Shown here: positions 27,322-36,237 of the stretch, piece after piece
How positions within the stretch are numbered: the stretch's first letter is position 1
Layout of the letters: each line of letters begins with the position of its first letter
Assembly (NCBI GenBank): GCA_963854265.1
Contig: CAWKYX010000001.1
Coordinates: forward strand, 396-64,395
Source of the DNA: Acidimicrobiia bacterium
GTDB taxonomy: Bacteria; Actinomycetota; Acidimicrobiia; Acidimicrobiales; UBA8592
Length of the DNA: 64,000 bases
Reading direction: 5' to 3'
Position numbers and translations under genes: made by a program
The notes under the pieces: model-generated
The model's input: only the letters and a program-made list of their open reading frames with translations
Told to the model about the DNA's origin: nothing
The model's database searches: none

Positions 27322-28317
27322 ATGGGTCATGGTGCGGATTTCTCGCCTGCGCTCAATGATTGCTGGTATGCGGTCGCGACCATCGATGCGATTGGCGCCG
27401 AGCCGCTGGCTGTCGACGTGCTGGGTGTCTCCTATGTCATCTGGAGGACAGCCGACGACAGCCTCGTCGCGGTGGCGGATCGATGCAGCCATCGAGAGGC
27501 CAAGCTGTCGCTGGGTACCACCGAAGCCGGCTGCCTGCGATGTCCGTACCACGGCTGGACCTTCGGCGAAGCTGGCCGTTGTGTTGAGATCCCGTCGTCG
27601 GGCGAAGGCGCTCCGATTCCGCCAAGTGCTCATCTCGATGTATTGCACGTAAAGGTTCACTACGGCCTGGTCTGGTTCTGTCCTGGGAACCCGAGTGGGC
27701 CGGTGCCCCATCTTGGCGTCGATGGCGACAGCAGCTTTACCCGCCTCAACACCGACATGCAGGTCTGGAACTGTTCTTCCACGCGGATGATCGACAACAT
27801 GCTCGACGTCGCCCACTTCCCCTATACCCATGCGGGGACGTTCGGCCGCGACCAAGAACGGGAAGTTCCCAACTTCACTCTCGGCCAGCTTGATGACACC
27901 TTCTACGGCTATGAGTACGCCGTCGTGATCAACAACGAGGGCGAGGCCAAGACGATGTCGGGCGGGGGACCTGACGTGATCGGCCTGGAAATGTCGACCG
28001 GGTTTGCGCTGCCCTTTTCGGTCCGGAGCACGATGTCGTTCGAGACCGGCGTGGAACAGACGTTGTTCATGACCGCCACGCCGATGTCCAAGGATCGCAG
28101 CGCCTACACATTCATCCTCTGGCGCAACGACGACGTCTCGGTCATCGGCGAGAAGATCGTTGATTTCGAGCTGGCTGTCACCCACGAGGATCAAGTCATG
28201 CTAGAGCGTCTGCCGGGTGAGCTGAGCCTGGATCGCGGAGCGCTCGTGGATGTGCGGTCCGATAAGGCGTCAGTCGAATGGCGCCGCCGATATCGCGCGC
28301 TCGTCACTGCCGACTAG
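27322..28317 (+). CDS. Rieske [2Fe-2S] non-heme iron oxygenase (VanA / phthalate-family-like, single-component oxygenase subunit)
   Basis: The Rieske motif is CSHREAKLSLG...CLRCPYHGW. ORF 27307..28317 is trimmed to ATG 27322, which is preceded by GAAGGGG. Confidence 0.8.
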   Translation: MGHGADFSPALNDCWYAVATIDAIGAEPLAVDVLGVSYVIWRTADDSLVAVADRCSHREAKLSLGTTEAGCLRCPYHGWTFGEAGRCVEIPSSGEGAPIPPSAHLDVLHVKVHYGLVWFCPGNPSGPVPHLGVDGDSSFTRLNTDMQVWNCSSTRMIDNMLDVAHFPYTHAGTFGRDQEREVPNFTLGQLDDTFYGYEYAVVINNEGEAKTMSGGGPDVIGLEMSTGFALPFSVRSTMSFETGVEQTLFMTATPMSKDRSAYTFILWRNDDVSVIGEKIVDFELAVTHEDQVMLERLPGELSLDRGALVDVRSDKASVEWRRRYRALVTAD

Positions 28318-28334
28318 CGGTTTTTCGGACCCCG

Positions 28335-29546
28335 CTAAGGCCGAGGCGCGCCCCCGGCGGCCTCGTAGCGGTCCACCAGCCACGAGTTGAATTGGGCCAG
28401 TACGCCCTCTTGCCAGGAGTACCGTCCGCGCGGCGCAAACCGTGACTGCATCCCCATCTGTGTGGCCACATTGGTGGGCATGTCCTGCCGGTTGAAGTTC
28501 GAGACGCCGGCGATGGCTTCCTCCAGCGTCGGTCCGAAGTCAGGGAGTTCGACCGTCGATTTCGGGAAGATGTACGCCATGCTGAGGGCGTGGGTTGTCG
28601 GGCCTGTTGGGTCGACATAAAACCAGAAGGCCGAGTCTGACTGGAACCCCATGATCAGCGACGGTGCCACGAGCGCGAAGATGATTCGCTGACGCTCTTT
28701 CATCGTCGTGCCGGGCAGCGGGGGGAACAAGGCCTTGAACGTCGGGTTGAACCCACCGTCAGGTTCGACGGTTTCGTTGTAGCCGAACATTGCCACATCA
28801 CCGGGTTCGTAGTCGGCGTACCAAGCGCCCGAAGACGGCGCGAACTCGTGGATTCCTTGGTGCAGCCGACTGTTGTGGTACATCTCCATGAAGTTCTCGA
28901 TCATGATCTTCCAGTTGAACGGAACATCAGGGATCGTGAAGGGGTCGACGGTCACCAGGGATTCGACGTCGTAGTTCGCCAGAGCTTCGTCCAGCTTGGC
29001 GAGGCCGGGCGCAAGCGGGGCTGCATCGGCGTCGAAGTTGGCGAAGATGAATCCCTGCCACAGCTCGACCGCGAGTCCAGGAAGCCGCACGTCGGCCATG
29101 TCGAAGCCGGTGGTCTTGGCCATCTCAGGGGCGCCAATGAGCTGCCCTTCCAGGTCATAGACCCAGTAGTGGTACGGGCACCGAAAGCTTCGGCCAGTCC
29201 CGGATTGGAGATCAGGCGGGTCGAGCATGTCATCGTCGGTTCGTTCGACCGAGGCCGTCAGGCACATCCCGCGGTGTTGGCAGACCGCAGACATCACCCT
29301 GATGAGCTCATCGGTGCCGCGCACAACGATCAGTGGTTCTCCGGCTCTGGTAACCGAGAGGTAGTTGCCCGCTTCGGGAATCTGTTCCTGGCGGCCGACG
29401 CAGAGCCATTCGCCGCCGAACACGGCTTCCATCTCGAAGCGGTGGAAATCGGGGTCGGAGTAGACGTCGGGCGGAAGGCCGATTGCATGAACGAAACTCC
29501 CTCGAGAACGGCGCAGGCTCTCGAGCGGGATCGGACTCTCAGTCAT
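28335..29546 (-). CDS. Rieske ring-hydroxylating oxygenase, alpha subunit-like
   Basis: The Rieske motif is CQHRGMCL...RCPYHYW. The 403-aa protein has a C-terminal catalytic domain with EMYHNSRLH. No adjacent classical beta subunit is present. Confidence 0.85.
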   Translation of the reverse strand: MTESPIPLESLRRSRGSFVHAIGLPPDVYSDPDFHRFEMEAVFGGEWLCVGRQEQIPEAGNYLSVTRAGEPLIVVRGTDELIRVMSAVCQHRGMCLTASVERTDDDMLDPPDLQSGTGRSFRCPYHYWVYDLEGQLIGAPEMAKTTGFDMADVRLPGLAVELWQGFIFANFDADAAPLAPGLAKLDEALANYDVESLVTVDPFTIPDVPFNWKIMIENFMEMYHNSRLHQGIHEFAPSSGAWYADYEPGDVAMFGYNETVEPDGGFNPTFKALFPPLPGTTMKERQRIIFALVAPSLIMGFQSDSAFWFYVDPTGPTTHALSMAYIFPKSTVELPDFGPTLEEAIAGVSNFNRQDMPTNVATQMGMQSRFAPRGRYSWQEGVLAQFNSWLVDRYEAAGGAPRP

Positions 29547-29631
29547 CGTTGGAATCCTTCGGCATGACGAGTGGTAAGACCATCAGACCACGGCTAGTGT
29601 CACTCTCGCAAGCCGCTCTAAGGGGGACCCC

Positions 29632-30159
29632 TTGACCTACCCAAACGTGCTCGTCTTCGTCGATTTCCCGACAGACGACGTCAACGCCGCTCGAGCGTTC
29701 TATGCCGAGGTCTTCAACTGGGAAGTCGAAGATCGCATCACCGATACGTTCGCTCGCATCGTGCCAGGTCAGAACTTCCTCAACGAGGACGGAACCCAGA
29801 GTTCCATCGGCAACCTGCATATGGGCATCTCGAACGCCGCGAACGTGCGGCCCGAGAAAGACCCCAACCCCACCGAGCCGACTCACCTGAACCCCGGTGG
29901 GCGCGCTGCCCGGGCGTGGATTCTGGTGAGCGAGGATGACTCTTTCGAGCGCATCCTCGAGGCTGCAGTACGCCTTGGGGCAACCGAATTGTGGCGAGAC
30001 CACTACTGGACCGAGTTCGGCGGGGCTAATGCCTCGTTCATGGATCCGTGGGGCAACCAGCTCATGCTGTGGCAGCACCTTTCCGACAACGAGACTGACG
30101 ACGACACTCACCAGGTGATCGGCGACGTCAAGCTGCCCAACGGCTGGACCTTGGAGTAG
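29632..30159 (+). CDS. Glyoxalase/VOC-fold protein
   Basis: The TTG start is preceded by AAGGGGGA. VFVDFPTDDVNAARAFYAEVFNWE and DPWGNQLMLW are VOC-like patterns. Confidence 0.6.
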   Translation: MTYPNVLVFVDFPTDDVNAARAFYAEVFNWEVEDRITDTFARIVPGQNFLNEDGTQSSIGNLHMGISNAANVRPEKDPNPTEPTHLNPGGRAARAWILVSEDDSFERILEAAVRLGATELWRDHYWTEFGGANASFMDPWGNQLMLWQHLSDNETDDDTHQVIGDVKLPNGWTLE

Positions 30160-30169
30160 TCGGACCGCT

Positions 30170-31138
30170 CTAGGCCTGTCTGTCCGGGCCCTGTCGAGCG
30201 TTTGCTCGGGCGCGGCGCTTGCGCGATTGTGACGTCGGCACCGGTGGCAGCTTCAGAACCGCAGTGACAGCTCCGAGCACCACGACGCCGCCAATGAGCT
30301 GGGTCGGCGTCACGGGTTCGTCGTGCACGGGCCATGCCAACGAGACCGCGAAGATGTTCATCGCCAGCAACGCAACCGATGATCGAGCCGCCTGCACGTA
30401 GCCGTGCACCCAGCTCATCAACGTGTGCCCGAAAACGCCGGTGCCGTAGGCAAGTATTACCAACCACAACCAGTCCTTGGCATCGATGGTGTCGAAGTCG
30501 GACCGTTCGAGGAAGAGAAACCCGAACGGCACGGCCGTCGCGAATGCCCAGACGTTGATGGCGGCCATCCACTGGAAGGGATCAACGGCCTTCGTGGAGC
30601 GGGCCAACCTGGTGAACACGAAATAGACCGTGAAGGTGCAGACCGCGAGGAGCGCCCAAATGATGCCCAGTGCTGACGCTTGGAGTTCGCTCCCGGCCCC
30701 CAGCACAACCGCTGCCGCACCAGCGACCGCGACGCCGGTCCAGAGCACGTGGAGCCGCGTTGGTCGCTCGCCAAACATGGGCCCCGCGACGAGCAAGACG
30801 AGTGCCGGTTGCATCGTGGTGCCAACCGCGAGGACGGCCACGGTCGCTTCTTGCACTGCCTCGAAGACGAAGATGAGGTTGATGCCAAAGGCGATGCCCG
30901 GTGGAGCTGCGCGCAACAACACGGCCTTTGGTACTCGTCCGCCGCGCAGGTGCACGATCGCGAAAAGGACCGGGAAGGTGATGCCAAACCGGAGGAGCAC
31001 ACCGACGAGCGGGGGAGCAGTGACGAGCTTCGTGATGACTGGCCCGGCGCCCCACGCGAGAATGATGAAGGCCAGAGCAACGTAGGGAAGGTGAGCCGCT
31101 GGCTCTGTGGCCCGACGGGTGGGGCTTGACCTGGCCAT
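30170..31138 (-). CDS. EamA/DMT family transporter
   Basis: ORF 30170..31231 is trimmed to ATG 31138. The product has about 10 hydrophobic segments and two EamA-like halves. Confidence 0.75.
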   Translation of the reverse strand: MARSSPTRRATEPAAHLPYVALAFIILAWGAGPVITKLVTAPPLVGVLLRFGITFPVLFAIVHLRGGRVPKAVLLRAAPPGIAFGINLIFVFEAVQEATVAVLAVGTTMQPALVLLVAGPMFGERPTRLHVLWTGVAVAGAAAVVLGAGSELQASALGIIWALLAVCTFTVYFVFTRLARSTKAVDPFQWMAAINVWAFATAVPFGFLFLERSDFDTIDAKDWLWLVILAYGTGVFGHTLMSWVHGYVQAARSSVALLAMNIFAVSLAWPVHDEPVTPTQLIGGVVVLGAVTAVLKLPPVPTSQSRKRRARANARQGPDRQA

Positions 31139-31270
31139 AGTCAGATTCTCCTCGGCAACCTCGTGGCCGGGCGATCGGCCACGAATGCACGCCGAGGACA
31201 TGGTCTCGTGCCCGGCAGCTAACCGTGCCACCCTAGTGCCGCGTCAGAGAACGACCGTGGGGGAGGCGAC

Positions 31271-31375
31271 ATGTTGCGTTGGGCCATTCTGGGGACGGGG
31301 CTCATCTCGCACACGGTGGTCGAGGCGATCGACCTGAGCGACGCATCGACGGGCCATCTGGTGGCGGGTCGCGGG
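31271..31375 (+). pseudogene. 5' stub of a Gfo/Idh/MocA-type oxidoreductase gene (about 35 codons only)
   Basis: GGGAGG RBS followed by ATG. MLRWAILGTGLISHTVVEAIDLSDASTGHLVAGRG matches the N-terminal Rossmann strand-loop-helix of Gfo/Idh/MocA enzymes. The frame then runs antisense into the convergent SDR gene. Confidence 0.4.
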
Positions 31376-32098
31376 TTACTGCGGAATTTCTGGTGGTCGC
31401 GGGAGCAGCGTCATGAGCCCCTTGGACAAACCGCCATCCACATAGATGACCTGGCCGTTCACATAGGAAGCGTCGTCTGACACCAAGAACGCAACCACGT
31501 TCGCGATGTCTGCGGGCTCGGCCAGTCGCCGCATCGGGATCGCACCCGAACGAATCTCACGGATGTTCGGGTCGTCGTAGACGTCGCCAGCCCCGGGGGT
31601 GGGGACCAGACCGGGGCCGACGGCATTGCAGCGGATGCCCCGCGGGCCCCACTCGAGCGCGACCTGCTCGGTCAGCGACAGCAGCGCAGCCTTGGAAGGC
31701 CCGTATGAGCCCACGGCGGGATTGGCGTGTTTGGCGGCGATCGAAACGATGTTGACGATCGTGCCCTCGCCCCGCTCGAGCATCGACGCGCCGAAGCTCT
31801 GCATGACGTTGAACGGACCTTTGAGGTTGACGTCGATCGCGGCTGCGAAATCCTCTTCGCTCACATCCTCGAGTGCATCGAATCGCCACAGCCCGGCGTT
31901 GTTGACGATCACGTCGACGGGCCCAATTGCATCAGCCGCGTCCTGGACGCCAGCTGCATCACGAACGTCGCATGCGACGATGCCGTCGGCCGCCGTTATG
32001 TCGAGTGGCACGACCTCGAAACCATCAGAGCGAAGGCGTTCCACGATGGCCGCGCCGATGCCTCGGCCACCGCCCGTTACCACTGCACGTTTACTCAT
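31376..32098 (-). CDS. Short-chain dehydrogenase/reductase
   Basis: ORF 31376..32125 is trimmed to ATG 32098. VTGGGRGIGAAI, NNAG, YGPSKAA and VDGG. Confidence 0.85.
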   Translation of the reverse strand: MSKRAVVTGGGRGIGAAIVERLRSDGFEVVPLDITAADGIVACDVRDAAGVQDAADAIGPVDVIVNNAGLWRFDALEDVSEEDFAAAIDVNLKGPFNVMQSFGASMLERGEGTIVNIVSIAAKHANPAVGSYGPSKAALLSLTEQVALEWGPRGIRCNAVGPGLVPTPGAGDVYDDPNIREIRSGAIPMRRLAEPADIANVVAFLVSDDASYVNGQVIYVDGGLSKGLMTLLPRPPEIPQ

Positions 32099-32124
32099 AA
32101 GCAGAATCGTAGAAGACTGTCGCA

Positions 32125-32886
32125 ATGCGAACGATCGAAAACATGTCAGTACTCATCACCGGGGGCGGTTCGGGAATCGGAGAGGGTGCCGCCGAGCACC
32201 TCGCTGCCCGTGGGGCCAAGGTCACCATCACGGGAAGGCGCGAGGGCCCACTCGTTGAAACCGCGACAAGGATCGGCGACCGTTGTCATGCCGTCGCGGG
32301 CGACGTGACCAACGCCGATGATCGAGCGCGCATGGTCCAGGGCGCCGTCGATCATGGCGGTGGCCTCGACGCGCTCATCAGCAACGCCGGGAATATGTAC
32401 CGCTGCCTGGTGCAGGACTATGACGAGCAGGCGTTGCTGGAGGTCTTCAACACCAACGTTGTGGGCGGCATGATGTTGTGCCGCGAAGCGCACGAGCATT
32501 TGAAGGCCTCCAAGGGGTGCATAGTCTTTGTGGGCTCGGTCCATACCCAACGTGCGTTCCCGACGGCGTCCCCCTACGCCGCCACCAAAGGTGCGCTCGA
32601 AGCACTCACGGGTGTGTTGGCGGCCGAGCTTGGCCAAGACGGCATTCGTGTCAGCTGTGTTCGCCCAGGCGGCGTGCTCACTGAACTTAATGTGCGAGCC
32701 GGCCTCGGAACCACAGAAGAACAACGCATCCGTCTGGAAGGCATGGGGTCGATGCATGCGCTTGGCCGACACGGAACGGCCACCGAGATCGCTGAGGCTT
32801 TCGAGTACCTTATTCGGGCCGAGTGGACCACGGGCTACGTCATGACGGTGGACGGCGGTCTCGGGCTCGGTGTAACCATCGAGTAG
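32125..32886 (+). CDS. Short-chain dehydrogenase/reductase
   Basis: ITGGGSGIGEG, SNAG, YAATKGA and VDGG. Confidence 0.85.
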   Translation: MRTIENMSVLITGGGSGIGEGAAEHLAARGAKVTITGRREGPLVETATRIGDRCHAVAGDVTNADDRARMVQGAVDHGGGLDALISNAGNMYRCLVQDYDEQALLEVFNTNVVGGMMLCREAHEHLKASKGCIVFVGSVHTQRAFPTASPYAATKGALEALTGVLAAELGQDGIRVSCVRPGGVLTELNVRAGLGTTEEQRIRLEGMGSMHALGRHGTATEIAEAFEYLIRAEWTTGYVMTVDGGLGLGVTIE

Positions 32887-32932
32887 TTAACCGAAACGGG
32901 GCAACAACGGCCCTGGAAAGTGGAAGGAACCC

Positions 32933-33370
32933 ATGGGTATACATACGGTGATCGACAAGCAAGCGATCAAGGACCTGCAGGTCCATTATTCGATGTCCAT
33001 GGATGCGGGGGAGTACGACAAGCTCGACGATGTCTTCATCCCCGATGTGATTGCCGACTACGGCCATGCGGGTCAGCACCAAGGGGTGGAGACCATCAAG
33101 GGCGCTTGCGCCAACGCCCTGGACGTGCTCGACACGGCCCAGCACACGAACGGCAATCACTGGGCCGAAATCGACGGCGACAGCGCGACGGCTGGTTGCT
33201 ACTTCACGGTGCACATGTACATGGAGGGCACACCCGGCGGCGATCACTACGAGATGGGTGGCCGCTACGACGACGACCTGATCCGCACGGCCGCGGGGTG
33301 GCGGATCACCAGGCGCACCCTCACCATCTTGTGGAGCGAAGGCAACGACCAGGTTCGCTTCAAACGATGA
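32933..33370 (+). CDS. NTF2-fold / SnoaL_4-like protein
   Basis: The 145-aa ORF has DKQAIKDLQVHYSMSMDAGEYDKLDDVFIPD, a typical SnoaL_4 N-terminus. Confidence 0.7.
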   Translation: MGIHTVIDKQAIKDLQVHYSMSMDAGEYDKLDDVFIPDVIADYGHAGQHQGVETIKGACANALDVLDTAQHTNGNHWAEIDGDSATAGCYFTVHMYMEGTPGGDHYEMGGRYDDDLIRTAAGWRITRRTLTILWSEGNDQVRFKR

Positions 33371-33380
33371 TTACACGGCC

Positions 33381-34595
33381 ATGACCCCGCTCGAGGAGCT
33401 TGTGACGCTCCTACCGGGCGACTCGGGACTCGACCACTACGCCACGTTCGAGCGACTCCGGAACGAGGCTCCGGTCGTGTTCTGCGAACCCATGGACGGC
33501 TGGGTTGTGACCCGTTGGGCCGACGTCACCCGGGTCTTCGAGGATGCCGAGCACTTTGCGCCTATGGCCGCGGGGTCTGGGAGTTCGGCCATTTATGGGC
33601 GCACCATCTTGCACATGACGGGGGTCGAGCATCGACGAAAGGCCGCGATCTTGGGCCGGCGGATGCGTAACCCCCGAAGACTCAAGGGTGACATCCGCTC
33701 GATCGTCGCTCGTCTGGTCGGCGAACATGGCGACCGGTTGCCCGATGGGCCCGCGGTTGGCGATGTGAAGGGCCTGTTCACCTCCCTCGTGCCACTCGAT
33801 GTGATGGGCGAGTTGATGGCCATGCGCGGCGCGACCGCATTCCCGACCTGGTACCACCGCATCGTGTCGGCCAGTATCTCGAACGTCACCGGTGACGTCG
33901 GCATCCACGACAGTGGAGTGGCCGCACGCGAGGACCTGTTCGCGTGGCTGGACCCTGAGATCGACGCCAACCGTGCTGATCCCGACGACAACCTGCTGTC
34001 AGACCTGTGCACCGTCGAATACGAAGGTGAGGCACTCACCAACGACGAGATCAAGTCGTTCTGCGCGTTCTTGTTGTCCGCGGGGATCGAGACCACCGAT
34101 CGCGCGTTGGTCAACCTGTGCCGAGAGCTGATTGCCCACCCCGACCAATGGGAGCGGCTCAAGGACGACCGGTCATTGGTGCCGTCGGCCATTGCCGAGA
34201 TTCTGCGTCTCCGACCCCCTGTCCAGGCATCGATTCGCCAAGCGGCACTCGACACCGAACTCTCAGGGGTCGCGATTGCTGCCGGCGACAAGGTGATGGT
34301 GTTGTTGGGATCGGCCAACCACGACGCTGAGGTCTTCACAGACCCGGGCACATTCGACGTCGCCCGCTTTGCCGACAACGCGCCGGCACAATTCACTCCT
34401 GCGGGCACCAACCGCGGCTTTGGCGGTGGCGCCCACAACTGCACAGGCTCGCTGTTGGCGAAGCTCGAGATGGAGGTCGCGCTCGAGTATCTGCTCGATC
34501 GGTTCGACCACATGTCCCACGCCGACAACCCGCCCGCGGACGAGGGCTTCGTTCTGCGATCCGCGCCCACCCTCGACCTCATCCTCAGTACCTGA
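33381..34595 (+). CDS. Cytochrome P450 (paralogue of 13179..14432)
   Basis: FGGGAHNCTGSLLAKLEMEVALEYLLDRFD, LLSAGIETTD and EILRLRPP. In the C-terminal segment I aligned by eye, 28 of 41 residues are identical to the first P450. Confidence 0.9.
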   Translation: MTPLEELVTLLPGDSGLDHYATFERLRNEAPVVFCEPMDGWVVTRWADVTRVFEDAEHFAPMAAGSGSSAIYGRTILHMTGVEHRRKAAILGRRMRNPRRLKGDIRSIVARLVGEHGDRLPDGPAVGDVKGLFTSLVPLDVMGELMAMRGATAFPTWYHRIVSASISNVTGDVGIHDSGVAAREDLFAWLDPEIDANRADPDDNLLSDLCTVEYEGEALTNDEIKSFCAFLLSAGIETTDRALVNLCRELIAHPDQWERLKDDRSLVPSAIAEILRLRPPVQASIRQAALDTELSGVAIAAGDKVMVLLGSANHDAEVFTDPGTFDVARFADNAPAQFTPAGTNRGFGGGAHNCTGSLLAKLEMEVALEYLLDRFDHMSHADNPPADEGFVLRSAPTLDLILST

Positions 34596-34634
34596 GCGAG
34601 CTCTACTTCGTGGCCACGAGGAGCGCCCTCAGCG

Positions 34635-34922
34635 TCAGACGCGAGCTGCGGTCATGTAGGCGTCGAGCTCGCGCTCGATGTCGGGGCCGGCGGGTTGGTA
34701 CGCGACCTCGGCGGTGCCGGCTGATTCCCATGCGGTCAGACGCTTGCGAAGCTCCACTGGGTGCAAAGCGCAGCCCATCATGGTTATGACCTCAGGCGTG
34801 ATTAACGAACGTTCCGAATCGGCGTTCTCCCAAACGACGAGGACAGTGCCGGACGTGAGCATGGTTTGCCAGCTCAAGTTGGCGATGGCATCACCCCCGG
34901 CCAAGAGAACGCCGTCGGCCAC
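34635..34922 (-). pseudogene. Possible C-terminal remnant of an LLM-class oxidoreductase (weak call)
   Basis: The 95-aa ORF lies in the gap between two P450 genes. HPVELRKRLTAWESAGTAEVAYQPAGPDIERELDAYMTAA resembles the usual LLM C-terminus (GTPEEV..RL..Y.EAG.D.V.L.P.G.D). The ~200 N-terminal residues are missing. Confidence 0.3.
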
Positions 34923-34992
34923 CTCGCGGGCGACCCCTTGGCCCGTTCCTCAACCCGGGCGGGCAGACGGAAGTACGGTTACCGCTGGAGGA

Positions 34993-36237
34993 ATGCGCAT
35001 GCCACGCGGTGTCGACAATCCATTGGTCATCTCCACGTGGGACAGCGCGCGGGAGGCCTACCGGTCCAAGCACCTGCGCCAAGGGCTCTACGACGGTGGC
35101 GTCGTCATGGACAACGTCTTGATCAACCTGCGTGGGATCGAGCATCGTGATCGGCGACGCCTCGAGAACCCACTGTTTCGACGCGAAGTACTGGCTCGTT
35201 ATGAACGCGAGTCCTTCCCCGATGTGCTGGCGGCTCGCCTCGACCCGTACCTTGCCGACGGACGACTCGAACTGTTGTCGTTCGGCCACGCGGTCATGTT
35301 GGAACTTGCCGCGATCAATGCTGGGGTCGATCTCGACATTGGCGATGTCGACGCCACCGAGCGCCTCGGTGAACAGCTCCTGGTGTTCATCGACGGGGCC
35401 CGAATCCTGCATTACACCGGCGACAAGGAAGCGAAAGAGAGCGAGGTCGCCGCCGCTCTGGCGGATTTCGAGACCCAGTTCATCGCACCCGCGATCAAGC
35501 GGCGCCAGGATCTGTTGCACGACTGTTCGGCCGGCCGAGTCTCGCCCGACGAAGTGCCTCGCGACATCCTGCGCGTCATGGTCGAGAACGTTGAAGGACT
35601 CGAGCTCGACCACTCGACAGTGGTCCGCGAAACGGCGTTCTTCTTGTTGACGGGGGCCAGCACGTCGGCCGTCGCGCTCACGCGAACCTTGGACAACATT
35701 TTTGCGTGGACCAGGGATCACCCCGCTGACGTCGACCGCCTCCAGGCCGACACCGAGTTCGTGCAACGGTGCGTGCTGGAGAGTCTTCGGCTGGCTCCCA
35801 TCAGCCCCATCGGTGCTCGCTGGGCGACCGGTGACTTCGCGCTGGCCGATGGCACCCAGGTGGCCGAGGGTGATCGGGTTCACATCGACATGGGGGCCGC
35901 CAACCGCGACCCTCTGATCTTCGGGTCGATGGCCGGTGCGTTCGATCCCCACCGCTCCCTGCCCAATGGCATCCCATTGGCGGGTGTCAGTTTCGGGCAT
36001 GGGATGCATCACTGCATCGGCCAAGAGTTGGCCGTCGGGACCGAGCCCGGCAACGGCTCTGCATCTGATGTGGAGCTCTTCGGGCTGGTCGGCACCGTGA
36101 TCCAAGAGCTGTTGCGTCACAGGGTTCGCCCGGACCCGCAGCACCCTGCAGAGCTCGACGACACGAGTCAACGTGGCACGTTCAGTACCTATCCCGTCTT
36201 GGTAGACGCCAAACCAACCTCCCGGAGCACCACCTGA
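34993..36237 (+). CDS. Cytochrome P450 (third copy, more divergent)
   Basis: ORF 34678..36237 is trimmed to ATG 34993. The heme loop is FGHGMHHCIGQELA, and ExxR is present in ESLRLAP. Confidence 0.85.
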   Translation: MRMPRGVDNPLVISTWDSAREAYRSKHLRQGLYDGGVVMDNVLINLRGIEHRDRRRLENPLFRREVLARYERESFPDVLAARLDPYLADGRLELLSFGHAVMLELAAINAGVDLDIGDVDATERLGEQLLVFIDGARILHYTGDKEAKESEVAAALADFETQFIAPAIKRRQDLLHDCSAGRVSPDEVPRDILRVMVENVEGLELDHSTVVRETAFFLLTGASTSAVALTRTLDNIFAWTRDHPADVDRLQADTEFVQRCVLESLRLAPISPIGARWATGDFALADGTQVAEGDRVHIDMGAANRDPLIFGSMAGAFDPHRSLPNGIPLAGVSFGHGMHHCIGQELAVGTEPGNGSASDVELFGLVGTVIQELLRHRVRPDPQHPAELDDTSQRGTFSTYPVLVDAKPTSRSTT

